The translations under genes and the position numbers were made by a program. The notes beneath the pieces were generated by a model. The model saw only the letters and a list, made by a program, of their open reading frames with translations. It did no database searches and was not told the DNA's origin. Below are positions 53,989 through 64,000 of a stretch of DNA of 64,000 bases, in pieces (the first letter of the stretch is position 1; each line of letters begins with the position of its first letter). The stretch is from NCBI RefSeq assembly GCF_009834535.1, contig NC_045696.1, positions 58,840,001 through 58,904,000 on the forward strand. The letters run 5' to 3'. This DNA is from Camelus ferus. Its lineage: Eukaryota.

Positions 53989-55976
53989 TCCTTATGTTTT
54001 TTAAGAGTTGCCTCCTTCCCACCCTCAGTTGTGCTTGTCCATCATTCCACAGCTGATCTGGTCTAACTTGAAAAGCCCCTTTATCTGCCAGCATTCGTGG
54101 AGAGACTGTCAGAGGGCATATGGGCTAGAGGAGGAGGTGGGGGTAGGGGAAGGGGTGGTCTAATTGCTCTGTTTTTGCCTTGTTCTGTGGTAGGACTCAG
54201 CTTGGTTTTTGAGGTTTTCTCCCCCGCAGATGCTTGCAGAGTGGAAAAAGTTGAAACAAAATTAATTATTAATTAGTGTATTCCCAAAGTTTGTCAACAA
54301 CTCAAGTCTAGTGTATCACATCTCTTATTCTTTGCCCTGTGGGTTTAATGCCTTTTGTCTCTTTACTTTCATTTTAGTGAGGTTTTGGGAAGCAGGAAGT
54401 AAATGCAAGTGTTCAGTCTGCCATATATGACCACTAGTCTCAATTTAGTTTCCATGGAAACAGCTACTCTTCCCTTTAGCACTCAATTTTTACTGATTTA
54501 TATAATAATTAAATTATGTAATTACAAGTACAACTGGCATAAAGTTTAAGAGCAAACCCAATTGACTCTTGGTAAATATATAATGCAGCTTGTGGGCATC
54601 AGTGGAACAGAAGTGTGTGGGCATCAATTAATTTATTTTACAGAGGGAATGAAAACTGTTGTTAAGGCAGGCAAGTTGGATTAAATGGAAATTAATTAAC
54701 TGAGCTTCTACTTTAAATAAATGAATATAAGGCATTCATTAACAGGGTGCCTTATTAAAAGTCTTAAAGATTTGGCTTCTTGTACAACCAATTTAACTTT
54801 AAAGGAGCTTATCTGTCTTTAAAAACTCTTCAAGCAAGCAAATGCCTTTCTAGGGTCAGGCTCTTCTCTGTACTTTGACCATGGGTACTGCTGATGTGTT
54901 CAGACTGACTTCCTGGACTCTTGGACCCTTGTCTATCCTAACTCCTAGGTGTCCTATCCTACTTCTGCATTGATCTCCTTTTGACCTGCTTTGACCTTAA
55001 AGACCTTGGTTTGTATCAGTGAATTGATACCTCAATTCCTCTTGAGGCTCCCCTTCATAGGTACCTTGTTCCTCTGGTCTCTGACCTTTTAGGGCTTCTT
55101 CAGGACAAAACTGATTTGCCTTCCCATTGGCCTTCTTCTCTGCGGGAAGTCAGGTTTCAGCTTCTGTCCTCTAAGTAAGTTACCCACTCATCTATTTGCT
55201 TTCCGTCTTCCAAAATTCTGGTATTTTTCATCTCTCTTCTCCTATATTTGTCTTTGAGGGGTTTGTAGTTTAAAAAAATTATTATTCCTTCACTCCCAGT
55301 TTACTGGGGGCTCTAAAGAGAACAGAGTTACTGCTTATCTTCAGGAGTTAATCTTTGGTCTTCTCTCTGCTGTGGTAGCTCCCCATTTTCTAAACCCTTA
55401 ATCTCCTGATTCTCCAGAAAATAGGAGAATTTTGAGCTTTCTAGACAATTTTTTTAAAGTTATCTACCCAGCCTTTTCTTGGGACTGCGTAGCAGATCCC
55501 TATTTGTTCTGTGGTTAATATGCAGTCGGAAAGAAGTCAATGTGAATTAGCTTTTGTAAATATAAATTAAAAATTAGAGAACTTTTTGGGATTAAAGGTT
55601 AAATGATAAATTTAAATTCAAGCCAATTTTGAGAAATTTCTTCTTGATTGGAAATAAGACTCCAAGGTCAGATGAGCTTTTCTTTGACTATGAAGAAGAG
55701 GGTCTTTAGGGACTGGGAGTTAAAACTTTTCCAGAGAACAAGAAGGCAGTTGTAACATTTCATAAACCCATGCAATTGTTTTTTGTACAATTGTATGGGT
55801 ACTTGCAGTTTCAAAGATCCTTTTTTGGGAGGTGGGTGGAATTTAAATAATTCTTTCCATCTTTCATTAGTATATAACTTTTTCACATATTTGTTTTGTT
55901 TCTATAGAAGTATTACCAGTTTCTTGAGGATGCTCTCTTTGTTAAAATTAAAAAAAATTAAAGCTATTTAGCTTTG

Positions 55977-56075
55977 TCTTTTTTTTTTAATGGGGGAGGT
56001 AATTAAGTTTATTTGTCTTCATGGAGGTTCTGGGGTGCTAAGCATGCACGCTGCCACTGAGCCATACCCTCCCCC
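55977..56075 (-). mobile_element. tRNA-derived SINE (camelid Vic-1-like) with its B-box region deleted
   Basis: Reverse complement 'gggggagggtatggctcagtggcagcgtgcatgcttagcaccccagaacctcc...taattacctccccc' plus poly(A). Confidence 0.8.
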
Positions 56076-57313
56076 TAGAGGATATTTCTGACACAGCTTA
56101 GCATCTCGAGTGCCAGAGGAATAGGGCTTACCATATGGATCAGGTACTATGCATGAGCTCTTTTAATTTTTATAATGATCTTTGAGAGAGGAACTATTAT
56201 TACTCTAGTTTTATAGATGAGGAAACTGAGGCATGAGCTACACAGCTGGAACTGACTCCACTTGATTAACCAGGTTAGCTAGATCCTATGCTGGTATCCT
56301 GGTGCATTTGCCTTCAGGGAAACAGGTGAGGTGCTTTTTGGAGAGAGATCTGGGGCTTCATGGAGCTTATGGGACAGGTTGCATCACTGCTTACTAATAA
56401 GTACTTGTTGAACTTGAGCTGAGGCTATCGTTCATTGTAACATACCATCTGGAGCAAGATTGTTGCCCTATATAGCCTAACCTGTCTCTTAACTATTGGA
56501 AGCTACTACCCCAAAGAAGCTAATAATAATAAATTGACTAAGGTTAATTTGTAACCTCCCTTTTCCATCATTATCTCCAACTAGAAGAAATCTAGTCCCA
56601 GAGAGTCAAATAATGTCTTGTGAAGATTTACCATATGCTTCCATGTGGTCGCTGCTGGGGCTGTGGTCTCTGACATGAAACCCTCCTCGTGATGTGCAGG
56701 CATTTGGAACACCAGCAAGGCCTATGAGCTAAAATTTCAAACAGCCAGCAGTTAGAAATTGACTGTTGTCTCCAAGTGCTGTGTATATCCTGGGTATTTC
56801 CAGTTCCAACGGGAAGGGAGTTATTATCAAAGCCACTGAGGTTAAAATGACTGTAGCTGTCAGGATGGCCCCTCCTCTTTCCTTTTGGTTCACTGTCAAG
56901 GAAATCTTGCCCTGGTGACTGTGTCTCCTCCTTTGCTTCTATCTCATTTGTCCCCATTGGATGCTCCCCTATCTCGAGTAGCTCCTAAGTTCTAAAAATA
57001 CTGGAGATCTTTGGCTTAGCTGGTTGCTTCATATCGTAGTCTGGTAATTGCTTATGAACTGCAGATCTATTTAGATTTTGTGGTGAGAAGCACAGAACTG
57101 GTACTTTAAAAAATGTATCAATATAAATAATCAAAAACAATAACCTAAGTATTTGGTCTGTATTATGTAATACAATTGATGAAACTGTAGACCATACTCT
57201 CCAGACTGATTTCACACAAACTTTGAAGTTTTAATTTCACAGTAATTTGAAAAGTGGTATGCACAGTTAAAGGAAAATTTGGAGTTTCTCTTTTCCTCCT
57301 AGCCCATCTATAA

Positions 57314-57522
57314 CAGTGCCATCTAATAGAACCTTACAGAAAGTTCTAATCTGTGCTATCCAATAAAGTAGCCAGCCACTAGTCACATGTGATTATTGAG
57401 CACTTGAAACGTGGCTAGTGCAACTGAGGAACTGAATTTTAAATTTTACTTATTTTAATTAATTTAAATTTAAATAGCCACTAGTGACTCATGACTACCC
57501 TACTGAAAATAGAACAGATCTA
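57314..57522. mobile_element. MER3-like hAT element
   Basis: 'ctaatctgtgctatccaata...agccactagtcacatgtg...ttgagcacttgaaacgtggctagtgcaactgaggaactgaattttaaatt'. Confidence 0.75.
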
Positions 57523-58969
57523 GAATATGATGATGACCTTATAAAGGATAATCTAGGTTATGTTGCAGTCACAAAGAATGCTAAAATCTTGGTGATTTAT
57601 AAGAACAAAGATTTATTTCTTGCTTGTGTTACTTACGTACCCATCTGGGATTGGCTGGGGATCCAGGTGGATAAAGCAGCCACCACCTGACATGTTGCAG
57701 TCATTATGGAGAGGCTTGCACCAGTAGTTAAATTCTCTGGACCAGAGGGTCAAACATCACTTGTGCTTACACCTCACTGACCAGGAACAGTCACACAGTC
57801 TCATCTGGCCAGGGAGCCAGGAATGTGGTCCTAATCATATGTCAGGGGGCAAAAAGCCTCAGGAGTGACTGCTACAGCTATTAGCTTCCCTTTCAAAATA
57901 CAGAGGAGTTCCCAAGGGGTAAATAAGTAGTATTACTCGTATTTTCTGAAGAAGAGTGGAGAAGAGTGGAGAGTTGAGTTTCTTTAGAATTCAATTATCC
58001 TTCACCTCCTTGATACTCATTAGCACAGACGTATTAAAAGCAGGTAAAATGTAGAAAGTAAAACTCAAAACATTTTGATAAGAAGAAATAGAGACATATA
58101 AATAAAGTTAGAGCTGACAACAGTCGGCATGTCTTTTTAGTTACAGGTAGAAATTCATTTAATATGAAGCTCTGCAATGTAAGGAATAATCAATGGATTG
58201 TTTTCTATCTGTTTGGGATGAGAACAGAGTAGAAGAAAATATATTTGTTATTTTTCAGACTGTAAAGTACATTTTTTACTAATAAGGAATAAAAAGTCCT
58301 TTTCTTTAAAAATAATAATTTTCTCACTAGAACATTTGTGGATTATGGTTGCCTTATAAAAAAATGAAATAATTTAAATATTTATCATCTGGACAATGGA
58401 TTGTTTCTAGACTACACTGTGGAATCATAAAATCATGTAGTCCAACATTAAATAGTATGTCTTGATTCTTTCTAGAATATCTACAATATTGTTTGAACAC
58501 TCAGGACACGGGACTTCACCATCTGATATCTGACAACAGACTTCCTATGAACAGGAGTAACGGCTTCCGGAGAACAGATGCTTCGATATCAACACAGAGA
58601 AAGATAACACCCAGGCTGCCAGTAACAAATTGCACCAAAGTTACAAATGCAAACCACACCCTGGTAAGTAATATCAATGATGATGATGATTTTGAAATGA
58701 AAATGTCATATAGATTTTAGCACTATGAGGATACTGTAGATACTAGAATGTAATTGAACCAAAATGATGCTTGAGAGAAACTTTGAAATAAATGTGCAAA
58801 TGAGGCTACCTAGTATAAACAAGAACTGCCTAAGTCATTCTGCTCCTTAGTAAAACACAACCACATAAGCCACTTTCTGCACCAGAGCATTTGTTTTTAG
58901 TTTCCAAGATCTGTTTGGGTTTTCTACAACTGGTGGCATGGAAAAGAGAAGGCTGCAAAGACTGAACAA

Positions 58970-60750
58970 ACCGCATGCACTGTGGTATCCTTTATTTTAA
59001 ATTGTGAGCTAACTACAGTTGTAGTGTTCTCATTTACCATTCTGATGGCATAATAAACTGGGAGAACATTAACACAATTTCAAGAAGGCATCAAAAACCT
59101 GTAAACAAACATACACACCACACATGCACGCACATATACAACATACACGCACACAAAGGTTATAGTCTAAACACAGTTAAACGTGATGAATAAAAGCTTT
59201 GAATGCTCTAACTCAAATTAGAAACACTTTATTATAGTAAACTGTGGCAATACTGTGGCTATTATGAAAAAATATTGTAACTGTTTAAAAAGCAAAAAGA
59301 AAAATACTGGCAATTTGAAGCTAGCAGCAAAAAGCAGATAAAAATAGAATGGAAGATAACATAAGACTAAGTAAAGCAAAATTCTAATGTTGATACTATG
59401 TAGGATTGCACTGAAGTAATTTAAAATTGGTTCTTAAGAAACTATTGAAAAGTCCCTTGAAATATTAAACTGCTGCACTTTACAAACAGTGGAAAAGAAA
59501 AAGTAACACACACACGCAGAGGAAATGTATTAGGCATATCAGTTTATGGTCTTTGTTTATGACCTTCAAAAAGTTTTATAAAGAAAAATTTAAGTGCCAA
59601 TGTAGTGAAAGAAAGTTAAAAATTCCTAAAGACACAAGTCTGAGTGCATTTATCAGATCTAAGAATATATTTCAAGGTTGGGGGCAAGGCATGATTGATG
59701 CACATTCAAGAAGAAAAACCTTGTGGAACCCATAAGGTAGGTAGAGTTCTCTGAAGAGTGTTTGGAATGAAGGTATATTAAACTCAGACTATCCTGAAGA
59801 AGATTCCCAAGTATGTGGAGTTCTATAGCTCTTCAGTTGAAATCTGTTTCATAGTGGCCAATAAATAATTAAGACTAACTTTTCAGCAAACTGGTTTTTC
59901 ATACATTCAAACACAAAAACCGTTACCACACATGCAGAGCTGATGCTCTAAAACAGCACAAATATGAATTGTGGTTTCAGAAAAAAAGCACATCAGCAAG
60001 GAATTACTTTTCATAGGTTCGAATAAAAATGTCTGAAGCTGCTAGACATCTTCAAAGAGGGGATAAGTTTAGAGTGCCTACTGATTTTGGAAGAAAGAAG
60101 ATTCTCTTTTCCCAAGGAAGCCAGTCATCCATGAACAGGGGACATGTCTTCAGAATCTAAGAAGCGTGATGTCCCAAGTGCTTAAACTCATGGCAAGTTC
60201 AGATTCAGAAAAGCTGGCAGGTAGAACAGGGGAGGGAAATGAAAAGTTCGAATGTCTATGGTATACTTTGGAATGAAATGTGCCTTGTAAGTTAAAATGG
60301 CTCAACTGCCTGCAGAATGAAGTGCTGCAGTGCTGGAGAAGACCCGGTTCTCTGGAGTAGGAGCTGGGAGAGACCCCCACCTCCAGGGACCCTCTGGGCG
60401 GAGCTGTGACCACAGGATCACGAGTGCTTTCAGCAGGGGAATTTATGACTTTGCCCAGGTCAGTTTTCCTTTTGGTTACTTCTTCTCTAAAATCAACTGG
60501 TCAGACAAGTTACTGGTGATTTCTCAAAATGAAATCTAGCTGTACTAGTATCTAAAGGTGCCAGCTAATTCAAACTAATGCCCATCAACAATGCTGCTGG
60601 GTATCAACCACTGTTGCCCAAGAATCAACCCCTAAATGACCTAACTAAATAATCTATCACACTAGGTGCTTTTACTATCTTGGATTTTTTGAGCTTTAGA
60701 GAAATAGTCTTTGTAATATGACTTAGAAACTGCCTCTCTCTGGCTTTGTT
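58970..60750 (-). other. MYLK: MYLK 3' UTR (about 1.8 kb, end inferred)
   Basis: Follows the MYLK stop codon. AU-rich, lacks recognisable interspersed repeats and is bounded by AATAAA signals. Confidence 0.7.
58991..58996 (-). terminator. Probable MYLK polyadenylation signal (AATAAA), with a second candidate at 59228-59233
   Basis: tttatt on the plus strand. A GU-rich 'gcggtttgttcagtcttt' follows on the minus strand. Confidence 0.6.
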
Positions 60751-61001
60751 TCACTCTTCCTCTTCTTCCTCTTCTCCTTCTCCTTCTCCTTCCTCCATGG
60801 TTTCCACAATGAGCTCTGCTGTGCAGGTGGCTTCTCCAAGACTGTTGACAGCCTTGCAGGTGTACTTGGCGTCATCATCCCCGCAAACATCACTAATGAT
60901 TAAAGAGCAGTTCCCATCCTCATCGTAGTCTATCTGGAAGTGGCGGGACTCCCTGATTGACTGGTCATCTTTGAACCAGACGACCTCAGGGTCTGGGTAT
61001 C
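60751..61001 (-). CDS. MYLK: MYLK last coding exon (C-terminal Ig domain and acidic tail, shared with telokin)
   Basis: Acceptor gttgcag|. Translates (G)YPDPEVVWFKDDQSIRESRHFQIDYDEDGNCSLIISDVCGDDDAKYTCKAVNSLGEATCTAELIVETMEEGEGEGEEEEEEE*, with TGA at 60751-60753. Confidence 0.97.
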
Positions 61002-63233
61002 CTGCAACACAGGGAGGGAACACAAGTTGTAGAAACTGTTACTTAAAATTGCTTACTAGTTCATGCAAACTTCTGAGTTATCTCTATTGATTAAGGGGGT
61101 AAAGGGAAAAAATTATGATGTCTGCTTTTAGCATCTCTTTTGATATTTACATTTAAATATGGGCATGAATTATAAATACTAATGTCTGAAATTCCACATA
61201 AGGTATTGAACCACCCACGTAGGGCTTGTACCACCTCTCACTTTTATACAGATACAGATTACTATCTGGAACACTGCCCCAACTCCAGCCACATAACTAG
61301 AGCTAAATATCTTCTTGGATTAAAACAAATTTTTAAAATTTTGTATAAAAGTTGAACATAAATAAATTTAAATAAAAAACAAGAATCAGAAAAAATGGGC
61401 ACAGGGGATCTTTTGGGCATGATGGGAAAGTTTTAAAATTGGATTGTGGTAATGATTGCACAATTTTGTAAATTTCTTAAAAATGTAATTGAATTGTACA
61501 CTTAACATGGGTGAATTTTATGGTATATAAATTATAACTCAAAGGTGATAACAGATCTATAAAACATAAATTAGAGGAATGGATAATACTTCTAAGAAAA
61601 AGAAAGCAATATTTGTCTTAGTCTGATCCAAAGGCAGATAATCTGCCTGTAGATAACTGGAAATTGACCACATTGATTAGCCTTATATTATGCATTAGTC
61701 ATGTTTAATGCTGCAAACTTCAGCATTAAAAATAGATATTTTATGCCTTTAAAAACATATCATAATTCTAACTGACCTGTTTTTAAATTTTGTAGTAGTT
61801 CTACAGGACAAAATTGTAGCCCCAACCAGAATAAAAAGTACACATAAGAACTTAAAATTCTAACGTTCTTTTCAAGTAGAATTTTGTTTTTATCAAAACA
61901 GCATCCATATGCTTAAATTTCTCCTCAGCATTCCAGTTGAAGTAATGCAAATACCAAGAAAATAATCTCAAAGAGAAAAATAAGCAAAAAGATGATAATT
62001 ATTATGATATAATATTTTCTAAAAAATCAATAAGGAAAAAGTAAAGAACTTCATAAGACCCAAAGGATAGTGATGGTGAGAGCTATAAGCAGTGGCCCCA
62101 GAGCTCTCAGCACACCCCGAATCTGAGCACTTCCACACTAGCAAAGGTAGCACATTCACTTTATAAAAAATTGAATGAAAAAAGAGAAAGATTATGGTAG
62201 GTGAGGCATTTACAAGGCATGTTGATAATATAGTGATGTAAGAGAAAATTGTTTTTTCATTCCTACCCTTGGGTTACTTTACCCAAAAGGCACTATCTAG
62301 TCATACTGCTGGAAAAACTGACAAAGTGGGAGGCGTGGTCTCTTCTGACTGCTGTCCTGTGCTGTGCTGCCTTGGGGAAGTGGGTCCCAGCCCTCCACTC
62401 TGGTTGACACATGACAGTCACAGACTGGAAGCAAAGAGGCCTATCTTGTCATGCCTCTTATCTTTCTAGAACATTGCAGTCTGTGGAAACTGAAATGCTA
62501 TGTGTTACCAACACCACGAGTTTCTCAGGTGCTATACTGAGATCCCTTTGGGTCCCTTGAGCTCCAATGACTCATGACTCTATGGCCATGTTATTTCTGG
62601 CAGGCAGGGAGGCATGGGGAAGACAGCACAGGCGCCTGGATCCCAACTTCCCCCCGTTGAAGTCACACTGCAGGTGCTCTCTGCACTTACCAGTCTCACA
62701 ACTTTTCCCTTGACTCTATGACGTCTTTAAAAGACGTGAAATGTTTATCCTTTCCTGATATGCCATCTCACAGAGTCCCCAGAGCCACTCAGAGCATCAG
62801 ACACCGTCTTACAGGTGAGTGCCTGAGGCTCAGGAGAGTTAGATCACCACCTGTGGTCACACAGCCGCAGATGCAGAGCTCTGCATCGTATGCTCTTAGT
62901 GCCAGCCTTCCTTTGAGAGCCTCTTGTGGGTGGTTCACATGCTTCCCAGAAACTCAAAAAACTCATTTTGTTAAGCATGTTCCATAACCAAACAGGTCCG
63001 TGATAAACCACTTTGAACTTGGGTCTAGCGGCCGATGTAAGTCGGTAGATATCAGATGTGCCCTCAGAGAGTCCCTGAATGGCAGTAATCCTGCAGTGGG
63101 CCAGCTCCTCCTGACCCGCTTTCCCTCCCAGCCTGTCTGTTCCAGAACTGCTGTCTCACCGAGGGCCCACAGTAGGGGCCTCCCAGCCAGCCGTGCCCCT
63201 TTGGTAATAAGGGAAGAGCAGCTACAAACTTAC

Positions 63234-63365
63234 CTTCAATCTTGCAGTCAAACCTAGCAGCGCTTCCCTCCACAACTTCTAAGTCACGAATTGTCTTAGA
63301 AAAGTAGGGTTTTACATGGGGCTTTTCCTCAGCAACAGCCTCAAGGAAAGCTTGGGCAACATCTT
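63234..63365 (-). CDS. MYLK: MYLK penultimate coding exon (132 nt)
   Basis: tttcctgtcttctag|AA GAT GTT GCC CAA... translates (E)DVAQAFLEAVAEEKPHVKPYFSKTIRDLEVVEGSAARFDCKIE(G), followed by |gtaagt. The phase matches the last exon. Confidence 0.96.
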
Positions 63366-64000
63366 CTAGAAGACAGGAAAGAGGATGGGGTCATTTCTTC
63401 ATTCCTTCTCTCCTCTTCCCTGGTTTAAAAGAGCTGACTTTTTTTTTTCAGTTGCTATAATTTGGCAGATAATGCAGCTTAGAGGACTGAATCATAAGCA
63501 CACCTTTCTCCTCGGGACAGGCTGGCCTGTGGCCAAATGACTTTGGCAGAAGAGAGAACTGCAACCAAACTGGGGAAATGTTTGGACTCCCCCTTCCCTT
63601 ATGCTGACACATTGAAAAAGGAAATAATCTTTAAAAAGGATTTTTGGCTGCATTTCATACTGCTTCAGGATTCAGTTGAGGGTATCTAAGAAGGACGGAA
63701 CCACACCAGCCATCCTGATCTCTACCCCTTTGTCCTCCTCCAGCAGCAGCAGGCCCTTCATCTGCTCCCAGAAGGGAAGAGCCAGGTCCTAGAGGCATCT
63801 TCGACTTGCCAGCGGCTCTATTCTACACACATCTACTGCCTTCACATTGTGTGACGTGGACCATGGTTTGGGATTGGTCCAGGGAAAAGCCATAATTTGG
63901 AGGGGCTCCTGATCCTCTCCTTCTTTAGGCTATTGCTGGGTCATCTGGGGAGTGGCAAGGGTAGATCGGGAGGGATCAGGCCCATGTGCAGCAGACTCTG

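Noticed and set aside
61002..61023. ORF-track N-terminus MFPPCVA on the MYLK last exon, and the read-through tail of ORF 63064-63273
   Set aside because: Intronic sequence beyond the canonical splice sites.
63890..63900. CArG-like ccataatttgg (and cctatataagg at 17928-17938)
   Set aside because: Seven A/T bases rather than the six of CC(A/T)6GG. The telokin promoter is expected beyond the right edge of the window.
1..64000. CRISPR-like array, rRNA or prokaryotic/horizontally transferred segment
   Set aside because: No regularly spaced repeat-spacer structure and no gene-dense region. Composition and repeats are mammalian throughout.

Overview
Mammalian genomic DNA, most likely a camelid (tRNA-derived SINEs of the Vic-1/camelid type). 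The window is syntenic with the human HACD2-MYLK interval. It holds the first three coding exons of HACD2 (PTPLB) on the minus strand (36817-36970, 34025-34143 and a 19-nt microexon at 18850-18868) with its CpG-island promoter. It also holds the last two coding exons and 3' UTR of MYLK (the C-terminal Ig domain shared with telokin; 63234-63365, 60751-61001), also on the minus strand. The rest is intron or intergenic DNA rich in L1, L2, MIR, MaLR/ERV LTRs, hAT elements and microsatellites, and nearly all ORF-track entries are repeat fragments or chance ORFs. The most notable observation is that HACD2 as written is broken by a 1-nt deletion in exon 1 and a 1-nt insertion in exon 2, with three stops between them, so it is either an assembly error or a null allele. 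A relatively young L1 lacking almost all of ORF2 sits in sense orientation in HACD2 intron 2. I found no convincing evidence of a wholly new biological system. Repeat family names and boundaries are by-eye recognitions and approximate.
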